This document shows, in pieces, positions 13,820-26,115 of a stretch of 64,000 nucleotides of DNA. The notes beneath the pieces were generated by a model, which was not told the DNA's origin, made no database searches, and saw only the letters and a program-made list of their open reading frames with translations. Positions within the stretch are counted from its first letter, which is position 1. The number at the start of each line of letters is the position of its first letter. The stretch lies in assembly GCF_036588685.1 (NCBI RefSeq), contig NC_086380.1, forward strand, positions 10,912,001-10,976,000, in the 5' to 3' direction. This DNA is from Mytilus trossulus. Taxonomy: Eukaryota. The position numbers and the translations under genes are program-made.

Positions 13820-15336
13820 AAACTAGAGGCTCTAAATAGCTTGTGTCGCTCACCTTGGGCTATGTGCATATTAAACAAAGGACACAGATGGATTCATGAC
13901 AAAATCGTGTTTTGATGATGATGATGTGTTTGTAGATCTTACTCTACTGAACATTATTGCTGTTTACAGTTTTATCTCTATCTCTAATTATAATCAAGAT
14001 AATAACCAAGAACGACAAAATCTCCTTACAATTACCAATTCAGAGGCAGCAATCCAACAACTGGTTGTCCAATTCCTCTGAAAATTTCAGGACAGATAGA
14101 TCATGACCAGATCAACAATTTTACACCATGTCACATTTGCTCTAAATGCTTTGACGTTACGCGCGATGTTCGTACATGTAAGTGTAACACAACGTCGCGA
14201 ATATTTTGTAACGTTTTAACCAAAACTTCGGCTGAAACGTTGTTTTTAAGCCAGTGCGACATTCTTGTAAGACTCCGCAAAATCGACGGTGCTTTTTAAC
14301 TACTTATTGAAAAAATATATATTTCATGAAGGTTTTTGAAAAATTAAGAAAAATAACATTTTAAAAGATCATAAAATTCTACCCTTATAAGAGCTCTGAT
14401 AAGCGAACAGTTAACGTAAATTTGAGTTGAGTTCGTTTTTACGTCAAAAAATGGCGGTGCGACAACCTTGTAAGCCTTTGAAAAATCGCTCATAAATTAC
14501 CATATATCATTTTTCAGGATATTTGTCTTTAAATTAATAAAATTTAGCAAATTAACATTGATGTAGTAAAAAAAAAATACTAACTTTTTTCATTTTAGAT
14601 AAATGTTTTTTGATTCTCAAATCTGGAATCCCAATTTTTTTCCCCGTGGGATAGATTTGCCCTTGTAGTATGGAACACTTTTTTTCTATGACGTCATCTT
14701 AACGTCATAAAAATGCATAAAAGACTGAAGGAACCTTTCTGTTAAATAATGGAAAAAAACGCCGGTTTTTCAAAATATTCAATAGTTTAGACGAAAATCA
14801 TAGTTTAGTGGTTACAATAAATGAAATATGTTACGCAGGACAGCCTAAACATAGTCGGTTTTTAAAAACGGAGCTTGTCGCATGCAGCATAAAAAGATAG
14901 TTTCAACAATTATTTTTTTCGTTTTTATTTTAAAAAAACATTATTTTTTAAAATACGTACACTAGCTATGAACATGTGAATATGATATCACACAATTATA
15001 TATTTTGGACTTGCATCTTGCCAACTACACCGATTTTCCAATAAGGTACGAACATCGCGCGTAACGTCTTTGGTTTCAGAAATTTAAGCCAAAATCTACA
15101 TTGCACCCCTATGTTCAATTTTAGCCATGGCGGCCATCTTGGTTGGTCGGCTGGGTCACCGGACATATTTTTTAAAACTATATACCCCAATGATGATTGT
15201 GGCCAAGTTTGGTTGAATATGGCCCAGTTGTTTTATAGGAGAAGATTTTTGTAAAAGTTAACGACGACGGACGATAGACGACGGACGCCAAGTGATGAGA
15301 AAAGCTCACTCGGCCCTTCACGCTAGGTTAGCTAAT
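13820..15336 (+). mobile_element. Helentron-associated (HINE/pearl-like) non-autonomous element, interrupted by a MITE
   Basis: Starts aactagaggctc..gctcacc and contains gccatggcggccatcttg. Ends with a gacg/gacgg microsatellite (15262-15288), aaagctcac and a terminal hairpin. The host sequence rejoins across 14153-15068. Confidence 0.75.
14153..15068. mobile_element. 916-bp non-autonomous DNA transposon nested in the HINE-like element
   Basis: Perfect 23-bp TIRs gacgttacgcgcgatgttcgtac (14153-14175) and its reverse complement (15046-15068); 3-bp TSD TTT. Confidence 0.9.
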
Positions 15337-15499
15337 AAATTATTTTATTTACTACATAGCTTTTATATAGCGCCTATCTAAAAAAAAAAACCAACATAAC
15401 ACTCCAAGCTCTTAAGTTGAAGTAAACATATAAAATTAAAGGAAAATATATATCACAATGCATACGATAATACTAGTAGCAAATATTTCTCTAATTTTT

Positions 15500-16292
15500 C
15501 GTCAATTTATCCCTTTTGGCATCGAATGTATAAAAAAAAGTGTAATCAACGTGTGGTTCGTTTGATCTCAGTACTTCATTGGTTAAAATCCGATTATGAC
15601 CTCGAACTTTCTTGCTTTCCTCTAAATTTCCTATTGTGACGGCATGAAAAAAGGCGACCGTGCCATAGAAAGAACACATCTATTTGCAGATCATTCGAAA
15701 AGAAGGAATAAGTTTGCCTGCATAATGTTAGAAAATCATTAGAGAAACAGATTCCACCACCATACGATATTTATCCGCTCTCGACAGTTAAATTTTAAAT
15801 ATTTAAAACGCTTGGACAAGCCTCGTGTTTCAAATTTTAAAATTTAACTGTCTCGAGTGGATAAATATCGTATTACACTCGATGCAGTGGTAGAATCTAT
15901 ATTTCTCAAATTCTTTGCGACTTTATCCCTTTCTGCACTCATTGTATAAAAAAAAATCAACGTGTGGTTCGTTTGATCTCAGTTCATCATTGGTTAAAAT
16001 CCAATTATGAAGTAGAATTTTCTTGCTTTCCTCTGAATTTCCTATTGTGACGGCATGAAAAACGGCGACCATGCCTGATGACGTCACATAGTAAAAACAC
16101 ATCTTTTTGCAGAGCATTCGTAAAGAAGAAATAAGTTTGCCTGCATATAGTTTGAAAATCATAAGAGAAACAGATTCCACCACCAAACATCGTGTAAAAC
16201 GATATTTATCCACTCTCGACAGTTAAATTCTAAATAAAAAACGCTCGGCGAACCTCGCATTTTAAATTTGAAAATTTAACTGTCTCGAGTAT
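15500..16292. repeat. Two tandem copies (~420-bp period) of an element containing a long palindrome
   Basis: 15503-15870 matches 15923-16290. Arms atatttatccgctctcgacagttaaattttaaa / tttaaaatttaactgtctcgagtggataaatat at 15768-15868. Confidence 0.75.
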
Positions 16293-16639
16293 ATATAAAT
16301 ATATTTAAAAGTACGTCTATGAACATAAGAATTAAACAGAAATGAAATAGAATAATAATGTAAATTAAAAACATTGAAAGGGGATATATATATATATATC
16401 ACAATGAATACCATAAAACATATTAGAATATAACAGTGAACCAAAATATAATAGAATAATGATGAAAATGATAAGTATTTACATTCCCTGCGGTATATAC
16501 ATAAGTAAAACTTACAAACATTTGCATTAAACGATTTGTTCACTTAGCTAAGAAAAATATAAGGTAGAAATTTAACCAGTAAAACATAGAGAAAAAATAG
16601 GTAAAACTGTCTCTTAAATAAAAACTTTAAAACTAAAAA

Positions 16640-19240
16640 TTAAAAATTTAAATAAAATAAGAATAAAAAGGCCCTATCACTTAAACTGTTAGAATAATAC
16701 ATAAATATCACAGGTCTTACACATCACAGTACGCCAGTCTAAAAATATGTTTGTCTTTAAACCATTTTAAAACGAGGAAGCGATTGTTCTTTCCGTAAAT
16801 GAATTGGTAGGTCATTCCACAATGTAGCTTTAGCTCTGTCAAATCGTCTTTCACCGTGTTTTAGTGCGGACATCTATTGGTTTCGTTATGAGTCCTTTAT
16901 TTTCTGACCGAAGTGTTCTAATAGGAGCGTATGGTACAATCAGTTCTTCCAAATATTTAGGTGCTTTATGCTTTATTGTGTAATGCCTTAAAAACGCAAA
17001 GTTATAGTTAAAAATGTGATCGGTATTGCAGGGGGGGCAATGCAGCTGCATCAGAACAGATGTTATGGATTAAAACTTCATTTTCTTGTGATAAGTCTAG
17101 CTGCTGTGTTTTGAACGCGTTGCAGTCTTACTATAGTGGAAGAGTTTACATTATATAATAAAGCGTTCCCATATTCTTATCTAGAGGAGAACAGACTTGT
17201 CTAGTGTCTTACGCGCATTTTCAGTGATATATGATCTAATGTTTCCGATGGTTCGAACCTGGTGGTCACATTGTGACGGCTGTTACCTGCTGTTCCATAC
17301 TCAATTTCTTATCAAAGAACACTCGTAGTGCCATCGAATGGTAGCTCATACTTTGATAACTGTTTGACTCAATGTTTCGGAGCAAAGACGATCCGCTCTG
17401 TTTTGACTTGATTCAGTTTCAGCATATTTAGAGTTATCCAATCGCTTATCTCTGAAAAACACTCTTTCAAACGGTCGGATAGATCGTCACAATCACCTTC
17501 CGGTTTAATCACTTGATAAACATGAGTGTCGCCGGCATACGAGTGGTATAGCATTTTATGTCGCCTGCATATTTCACCAACAGATTTCCAGTAAATGCAG
17601 TATAACTTTGGTCCTAGAACTTAGCCTTGAGGCACATCATATTGAAGAAGTAGATAGTCAGGTTGTTTGGTGCCAATGGCAACTCGATGAGTTCTATCTT
17701 TCAAGTTAGACTCGATTGACGATTAGACTCCAAAAGACTAGTTCAGACGTTCTAGTAAAATCTTGTGGTCCATACCATCAAATACGGCCGACAGATTGAG
17801 CATCAGAAGTACAACACAACTGCGTTTGTCCAGTGCAGAAACTATATCGTGGTGAACACATAGAAGAGCTGTTTCTGTTGAATGACGAGCTCGGTATGCA
17901 GATTGCATATTTTCATGCAGATTATACGATTGTATGTGGTATTCAAGCCGAGAGGAAACATCTTTTTCCAAGACCTTCGACAAAAACGGAAGGTTTGACA
18001 CCGGACGGTAATTTTTGAACGCTTCACGATCTAGACTAGGTTTCTTCAGCAATGGTCGAACGATAGCTTGCTTAAATGAAGATGGCACCAGTGATTCTGA
18101 CAACGAGCAATTAACAATGTTTGTCATTACCGGTAGAGTTCGTTTGAACAAGATTTTAGTAAATAGGTAGGCATTGGATCTAGTTCACAGTGTTTTGATG
18201 GTGCAGATTGTATGATCTTCGTGAGTTCCGTAATGGTTGTTGGTTTGAATGATGATTAATGTTCACCGTTAAACTTTTCGTCTGATTTCATAATGTCGCT
18301 CATTGTGATGGAGCTTTTATTAGATGCGCTAAGATTTGCCCAAATCGTTTCAATCTTGTTCGTGAAAAACTGACAGAAATTGTTAGCAAGGTCTTTTCCA
18401 TCTTTATGCGATGGTAGAATTGTTTCTTGCTTTTCTCCCATAATGCGTTTACTTAGTCGAAAGAGTTGTTTCTGATCATGTTCAGCTTCTTCAACTTTGG
18501 TCGAATAGTGTTCTTTTTTACATCCGATAAGGAGTTTGTTCGCATGTACACAAGCATCGCGATGTATCTGCTGATGAACAGTAATATTTCTTTTCCGCAT
18601 GCGGCGTTCAGCTTTACGACAATACCGTTCAGCGTCACGGAGTTCTTCAGTGTGCTCCTCGGTATTTGGTCGAAGTGTTGCAAGTATCTCCTTTGAGACT
18701 ATCGGTGCATGTTTGTCAATAACCGATATCAGATTAGTATTGTAAAGAATAACCAGGCTACCGACAGGTTCTGTTACATTTACAACAGGTGAAATTGATT
18801 CAACAAAATCATTTTTCGATATCGTCCAGATTGAGGTCTCGATAAATGCGGTAAGTAACTGTTTGGCGATATTTCGACAGTCTTGAGATTCTTAGCAGAG
18901 CGAATAGTACCATATGGTCTCCATCGGGATTGCATTTCTTGTCACATAAATACGGATAATATACGACCGGCGTAGTCTTTAGAATCGAACTGATTTCTCT
19001 TGAAACGATGACATCTAAGGTGTGTCCATGGATGTGAGTTGGACCATTTATATGTTGTTGAAGTCCATGATCCTCCAACGTTTCGATGAATTTACAAGCT
19101 TCACTATTGAAGATGCTGTATGATTGCCAAAGCATGTAAAGCATTCGGAATAAGACGATGATCGAATAACAGTCACGAATACAACTATTGTATTCGCGAA
19201 ATAGCAGTAAATCGATCTGAACGCATGTAATATCACTCGA
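16640..19240 (-). mobile_element. Degraded L2-group LINE ORF2 (end of endonuclease plus RT)
   Basis: [66 protein letters not shown] (degenerate YADD), LKLNQVKTE. Multiple frameshifts. Confidence 0.9.
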
Positions 19241-19337
19241 AAGAACCTGATCTACATTCGAAATAAGTGGACCGATTGACTCGAGAAAAAAAATACGATC
19301 TCAGCCGGATTCTATATCTACCGTGATATGTCCATCA

Positions 19338-19343
19338 TTTATT
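19338..19343 (-). terminator. Candidate polyadenylation signal of the cGLR gene
   Basis: AATAAA on the minus strand about 75 nt after the stop codon. Confidence 0.5.
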
Positions 19344-19416
19344 CAACAGTTCAAAGTACACATTATTCCATAAACACACAATTATAAAAATATGACAGTT
19401 CATGCTACAACAACGG

Positions 19417-21726
19417 TCATAACTTCAGCGTCCGGAGAAGATTTATGATATACTTGATATACAAATATGCCACATTAGTTTTGACGGGATTGAGTTCAAA
19501 TGATTGAATCATGCATCTATATGCTGAGTAATAATCTTGCTGTAAAGAACAACAATAGGTAAGGAAATTAAGTCCTGTTGACTGTTGTCCTTCTGGTATT
19601 TTAAGAAGGCATTTCATCATTTTCTCTACAACCTTTTCTCTTTCAACGCTTTCAGAATCGTTCTGTACATGCCAAAGAAATTCAAGAAGGAGTGCATAAA
19701 AAATTGAGTTAAAGGTAACTTTTTTCTGACTTCCATCAATGCATAACTCCAAAGCCGCTGGTTTCGGGAGAATTGGCAATTCTGCAGGCATAAATGTAAC
19801 ATCAAGCCAACAATCCCGCCATAGAACTCGAAATAAGTGGTAACCACCAACCACAAGACCCTTTTTCCTGAGTTGTTTGAATAGCCATAAAGTTTTATAC
19901 GGATCTTTATTAATAAGGTCTAGGGTTATTACTATGTAGTAGATTTGGGTTTCTAATGCATTGCGATCAAGTGGCATATTTTTAAGTGTTTTAATAATGT
20001 CATTGAACGTTTCCATCACAAGATTTTTAAAGTTTTGCAGTAAATAATCAATATATCTTTGATCAGTTACCTTCCGTATGATATTGAGTATTTTGCATTT
20101 TTCCTTTACATTATTATCTAGATAACACGTAGCAATACGAAGTCTTGTGTTTGTTTTGTCTCCATCCAAACTTAATTTCATGAATTTCAAACATTGTTTT
20201 TTGATATCTGAATCCGTCGTGTGACCTAATTTTTCCTTTTCATTCTTTAAAAGAACATATTTCAGAACAGCCATGCAATTCTGCAATGACTTGACATAGG
20301 GTTGAGCATAATCGACTGTAGACAATTTATCAGCGTCAAGTTTACATCGGAGAAAGCTGTTTTCAATGTTGTATCCGTCATATTGTCGGTAAGATGCAAA
20401 CACAGTAACATCATTAATTTGAAAATCTAATGCACTACGTATTCTTGATCCCATCCATGCTTCAAAGAAAAGTTGTCGACTTTTTTCCTCCAATACTAGT
20501 TTAGGAAGTTCAAAGTGTCCTAACATTTTGTATCTTGGTAAAAGAGAACTAATGGTACCTATGGGATTTTTAAGAAAATGGTCTAAGCAGCTTATTGTTT
20601 CGGTTTGCATAGACCTGGTAAACTCACTCGCAATGAATTGGTTTCGTTCCTTGATGAAGTAATTTGGGAGAAATACTTTCTGCACAAAGGATTCCAATTT
20701 TGATAAACAAAAACAAAAACAACAAATTAAGTTTGATGATTGCCAAAATACATTTGGTTTTTCTTCAATGCACCAAAACATTAAAGTTTTCATTGTATAT
20801 GATGTTATGGTTTTTCCAGCTGCTTTTGAAAGCTTAGACTTCAATGATTTTAACAGCCAAATGCAGTGAATTTGTGTGTCATTGAACGATTCAATTAATA
20901 ATAGCTCCGCTCTGTTAAAAGATACTCTCCATTGGATATGACTGTAATTCGATTCTTTACTTCCGACTCCAGCAAGTATATAACCCGATTCGATTATATC
21001 ATTTATCAATTCTTTCGTCGGCCAATTGAAAAACCTTGACCTTTTCGTCCACTCTGAAGCCTCATCTGGCCATTTTTCACCCATTAAGCAGTCCACATGA
21101 TCTGTATCCGCAATCACAGATTTAAATTTGTCTTGAACCTCTTTAGCATTTATATAGGAAACATTTCTTGCTATTTCTAGCCTTTTTGGCGAATTACTTT
21201 CGTTAGTGCTCACCGCAGGACCATGAATATCTAACTTATCACCAAATCTTTCCATGATTTCGTTACGAAAAATTTCTTTTAGATTATTTCCTAAGTAACC
21301 CTTAACTTGATATTCAATACAGGTATGGTCTTGAAAAAAGCTTTCGTTTAAAAAAAGTAACTGTGCATAACCTGGACACGTATTGTCTCGTAGTCGTAGA
21401 ACATGAAATAGTTGCGGATATAAAGATTTCCCTCTTTTTAGTTCTTCAAAATGCTCATAAATCTTGTATGTATTATGAATCACAACCAAATCTAAATCAC
21501 TTGAAGACAATTGGTCATATTGGTCGCCAGCTTTCATCAATAAGCCTTCTGCCAGGCTTCCAGCAAATATTCTTGTTTTTGCTTTATTTGTTTTCAAAAT
21601 TTCGTCAATTTCGGAAAATGATTTTACCGGAATCTGTCGTAATTTCAACACAGGTGATGATATGCTGAATGCTTTCAATACAAGTGATAGGCGAATACTT
21701 TCTTCAGATATTGAAGGAATATGCAT
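19417..21726 (-). CDS. Mab-21 family nucleotidyltransferase / cGAS-like receptor (cGLR) with helical TPR-like C-terminus, 769 aa, single coding exon
   Basis: Uninterrupted ORF. Motifs GSLAEG..SDLD, HGPA, DTDHV, WP..A.EW..R.R...WP, WRVSF..AE, SYTMKTLMFW and LPNYFI.E.N are diagnostic of metazoan Mab-21/cGLR proteins. C-terminal NFLTYCCSLQQDYYSAYRCMIQSFELNP is TPR-like. Confidence 0.93.
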   Translation of the reverse strand: MHIPSISEESIRLSLVLKAFSISSPVLKLRQIPVKSFSEIDEILKTNKAKTRIFAGSLAEGLLMKAGDQYDQLSSSDLDLVVIHNTYKIYEHFEELKRGKSLYPQLFHVLRLRDNTCPGYAQLLFLNESFFQDHTCIEYQVKGYLGNNLKEIFRNEIMERFGDKLDIHGPAVSTNESNSPKRLEIARNVSYINAKEVQDKFKSVIADTDHVDCLMGEKWPDEASEWTKRSRFFNWPTKELINDIIESGYILAGVGSKESNYSHIQWRVSFNRAELLLIESFNDTQIHCIWLLKSLKSKLSKAAGKTITSYTMKTLMFWCIEEKPNVFWQSSNLICCFCFCLSKLESFVQKVFLPNYFIKERNQFIASEFTRSMQTETISCLDHFLKNPIGTISSLLPRYKMLGHFELPKLVLEEKSRQLFFEAWMGSRIRSALDFQINDVTVFASYRQYDGYNIENSFLRCKLDADKLSTVDYAQPYVKSLQNCMAVLKYVLLKNEKEKLGHTTDSDIKKQCLKFMKLSLDGDKTNTRLRIATCYLDNNVKEKCKILNIIRKVTDQRYIDYLLQNFKNLVMETFNDIIKTLKNMPLDRNALETQIYYIVITLDLINKDPYKTLWLFKQLRKKGLVVGGYHLFRVLWRDCWLDVTFMPAELPILPKPAALELCIDGSQKKVTFNSIFYALLLEFLWHVQNDSESVEREKVVEKMMKCLLKIPEGQQSTGLNFLTYCCSLQQDYYSAYRCMIQSFELNPVKTNVAYLYIKYIINLLRTLKL

Positions 21727-21728
21727 GA

Positions 21729-21750
21729 CTGAAAATAAAAAAAAACAAAT
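21729..21750 (-). promoter_or_regulatory. Splice acceptor 2 nt upstream of the cGLR ATG
   Basis: The minus strand reads a long pyrimidine tract ending ..tattttcag|tcATG, implying an upstream exon. Confidence 0.75.
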
Positions 21751-22644
21751 GTAAAATATTAAATTTAGTGCAAGTCCACTAAATCTGGATTTACTGTCCC
21801 TTCAATTGAAATGATGAGTATTGAAGTCGGATTTTCTTGTTACATTTCTTGTAACAGTTAGGCCAAAAAGAATATAATAGTATTCTGTTTAAGGTTTACA
21901 ATAGTATCGAAGGAAGGTAGGCAGATCGTTATAATTTTTTCATTCTTTTTGTTGTTGCGAGAGGATAACTGTGGGATGGTTGGACATGTTGTGTAAACTA
22001 CTATGTGACTATATTGGTATATATATATCTTTGTAATACTTGTCAATGAAATCAATTCAGTGTGAACTGACTGGTAATTATCGCTTATGATACGATTTTG
22101 ACACGCCCACATAGATAATGCACATTCATGACTTGATCGACAAGATCAGCACGTGTGCATGGTGTACTATACACTGAGAGTTGTAGATTTGTAGCCTAAA
22201 TCAGGGACTTTTTTATAATAGTTCTATTCTACTTAAGTATATATAGAAAGTCCCTGCGTATATGTATGGACGTAGTTTATCGAATAAAAAAATCAGATAT
22301 TCAGATATATAGTTAACAATTATCATAACATAAAGCCAAGCTAGAAAAACACGGATCTATCAATATATATTAACTTTTTGAATTGAAAAAGTATATTTTT
22401 ACTTTTGACTAACAGGCATATATATAGATATAATAAAAGGATACCAAAACAATTTTATTCTTATACACACGTCCCCAATCGCCATTCCTGAGATTGCAAA
22501 TGATTATAGCCAACCTCGGTTTAGATGTCTGTACCAAAATTTACTTTAAGTCTGGTACGCAGGTTTTATATGTTTTTAAGAAAAAATAAACATTCTAAGG
22601 CTTCCATATAGCTACATTTACATCAACAGTTAAAAATAATAATT

Positions 22645-23520
22645 AAGAAACATCACGAACTCCACTAAGAACCGGGAGTGAAATAAGGTGCTCCAAAAGG
22701 GTAAGCATCGACTGCACCGTATACGTCAGCCGTCGTGTTATTTTTGTATTGTTCAGTTCGGTATTGATGGAATGGTTTATATGACTGAGGAAGAATATCA
22801 GATATGATTTCTGACACACTTTTGTCATAATGACCAATCAGCTCGTGATACCGACCGTAAAATGTCTTCAATGATGAACTTAATTTGATTGGTTCATAGC
22901 CCTGTCTTAGCAACTTTTGAGAAAGCAGTATTCCTAGTTCAACAAAATTAACGTTTGTTGAGCTAGCTTTAGACTAACGTTTTAATTGAAACACATGTAC
23001 TCCATATGCTGGTGCCGCTGGGATGTTGCTGCACAGAAATGGAAAGTTGACTATAGGAAAATTAAAATCTTCACGTTTGTCATAACTTTTGGTATTCAAC
23101 CTACCATCAGTAGTCATTTCGAGAAAAAGGTCAACATATGAAGCAGATTTATCTGTGTCGGTAGTATCTTTAATTTCAAGTTCACTTGGATATGTTAAAT
23201 GTAAGTGATCACTGAACCTATCATTATTAAGAGACAGTACATCACCAATATACCGAAAGGTGAAAAGAAAGTACGAGGCTAGTTTCTTTTCTCCTTTCTG
23301 TACAAGTCTTTGGTAAAATTCTGCTTCATAGCAATATAAACCAAATCTACCAGTAAAGGAGCGCAATTGGTAAATATTGGGTTTCCGATAGTCTATTGGA
23401 AGACCAAGTCTCCAAATTCAACAAATATGTTGTCAATTTAAAAGTCCAGTATGGCAGTGATATCCTCGTCGGTATATTTTTTCCTTGACTCTGTATGATT
23501 TTTCATATTGTTAAATACAA
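22645..23520 (-). mobile_element. Degraded Penelope-like element RT fragment
   Basis: FRYIGDVLSLNN (FRYIDD-type), YPSELEIKDTTD, SASYVDL, YDKREDFNFPIVNFPFLCSNIPAAPAYGV, then LRQGY..KLSSSLKTFYGRYHEL. Frameshifted. Confidence 0.8.
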
Positions 23521-23819
23521 GTTTCCGTTTTGTTGCGTGCTTGCAGAAAACTTGCAGGAACCCCTAACAAATCAATGTTATGTGTGGAGACCCATTCAAC
23601 TTACCTCTTTCAAATTACACATTAAATTTCTAAAGAAAGAACTTTTTTTATATATACAAACAGCTATTGGAAGTATACTTGCAAACTGATCTGAGATTCG
23701 GTCAATATATTTAAGAAAGTGTATGATACTTTACTATGATAATTTATCTTATCTGAAAAAAAAATATATTCATGCCTTATATATCATGTACTGTATTAAC
23801 GAAGCTAGATTAAACCTGA

Positions 23820-24201
23820 AGTCGAAAAATTTAAAGTTTTGTAAACAAGAAATTTATAAAAATGACCACATTATTGATATTCATGTCAACACCGAACTGT
23901 TGACTACTGGGCTGGAGATACCCTCCAAGACGAAACGTCCACCAGCAGTGGCTGCGACCCAGTGGTGTAAATAGTTATCAAAATAGGGTCGCAAGATACC
24001 AAAGGGACAGTCAAACTCATAAATCTAAAATAAACTGACAACGCCATGGCTAAAAAAGAAAAAGACAAACAGAAAACAATAGTACACATGACACAATATC
24101 AAAGGTCAAAGATACCAGGATAATAATTTAGTACGCCAGACACGGTGGCATCGACCCAGTGGTGTAAATAGTTATCAAAAGTACCAGGATAATAATTTAG
24201 T
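23820..24201 (-). mobile_element. Rearranged hammerhead-repeat fragments with a nested non-autonomous repeat (~23985-24097)
   Basis: Matches the reverse complement of ~34075-34270. The ribozyme core is absent (only acgccagac remains). The nested piece matches 60562-60665. Confidence 0.75.
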
Positions 24202-25969
24202 AAATTCTACATCTGTTAAAACCTTACTTAGATCACTTGAAAATCGGTACCATGACACTGGACTTCAACCAAAGTAACTGAATAAGGCGGCCTTGACTTT
24301 CGGTCTTTGCATTTAGTAAGTTTTTAACTAATACATTAGACAATCTTTCAATTTAGTTTCTGTTATTTCTATTGATGCACCATAACCATATGGATCCCAT
24401 TTTGAGAAAGGGATAACAATTTTAGCAATTTCAACGTGATCTCTCTTTGACAGCGTAACATTCTTTTAAAAATTGCTATAACTTGATGAGCCTGTCACTG
24501 TCTTTTTATTTTACTGCGTACTATCTAACCTATAATCAAACACCTATGATAGCTAACAAAAAAGAGGATGAAACAAATCTCTTTCAAATTTCAAAGAACA
24601 AACATTTGGTAATTTTTAATTATGTACATAAATAGTTAATTTGGGAAACCTTGTAACTGTAGATTTGTTTGAACGTTAATCATGTTAATAACACTTTTTT
24701 TTTTATGAAAACCCAGAAGGTTTCATTAACTTACAACGAAATTTATTGCAGAAAGATAGCAGTGTACTGTCCTATAAGTCTTACTGATGATGGACATATA
24801 AGCAATAAATGTACTTATATGCGATAAAACTGGTGGCCAAATGATATCATAATTATACAATTCACAGAACGCTTCGAAAGTCAATAAACCTGTACAATAT
24901 GTCTATTTACTGTTCACTGATATTGATGAATCTTCTAGTTTGTTAATTTAAACATATGTATCAGTCTCAGAAAATTTAATTGTGTTGCTGTTGATAAGGA
25001 TCTTTCCCACTGTCTTTAAGAGACTGCATCTGCTATGCAGTTTGGCTGTCCGTAGATACAGCAAACTTTAAACTGCATACCGTAAAACCAGCTAGACAAC
25101 TTGTTTCTCTTTTGAAGACTTTTAACTCAAAATAGCAACGAAAGAAAAGTTATTTGTGTGAAACATAATTTGTTATTCAATTTAAAGGTTAATATGTATT
25201 TGGCCAAGAGAATGAATAGAAGTTCTAAAAAAGTCATAAATTTCATAATTTCTGTTTTGTGACATTCAACGGGCCAATCAAAATATGCCCAGTGTCCAGA
25301 GAATGATACTCTTCATACAAGTTTGGAATTTCCTGTACTTTAAGTGTACAAATTTATCAGTTTATTTGTCTAAAAGATAGTTTAACAAAATTGACATCTT
25401 CCATTATCTGAATCTAGAAATGTATACCACATATTTATATTCTCTGTCATGCTTATAGTACGGGGCGCCGAACGGGACTTTTTTTGTATTGTACTTGAAA
25501 TTCAATTTTGTACGGACAAAAGTGAGTATATGGCAAACATAGGACATTTTGTGCATTATTGGTTATTTGAAAGACCAATTGTGAAGTCAATCACGTATAT
25601 CCTATAAGTAACATGGGTTTGTTGACATATCAGAAAAGAATAATGTCATATAAGAATAATCACTATAATTGCACAAAATATCATATATTTGACATATACA
25701 TGTAAACTTTTTAAAGATTGCGCATCAACCATATGATATGTCCTTGAATCTGCAAGATCGAGTTTACTACAAACTATGAGAGGCCTTCATACAAAATCGT
25801 GATGGGGAGAAATTCAGTTGCAGATACACTTTTGTTGAGGGTCAATAAAAGTATTTACACTTTGACCAAATGAATATGACAAGTAATGAGTGGAAACCAT
25901 CCATACTTGTTTTAATAGATGTATTGTAGGGACGAAACGTACCCATTCGTGGTTGTCAAAATTTTGCGG

Positions 25970-26115
25970 GACCCTACATATTTTTAAAAACAGTGTAAGA
26001 CGACACACAGACTAAATACTGTTTTCAATTAGAATAGTTGATCAGTGGAATAACCTGTCAGATTTAACTGTGACGGCAAAGACTTTGAATAATTTTAAGT
26101 TAACATTAAATGGCG
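25970..26115 (+). mobile_element. Small CR1-like LINE C-terminal remnant
   Basis: Translates to FSIRIVDQWNNLSDLTVTAKTLNNFK. Confidence 0.55.
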
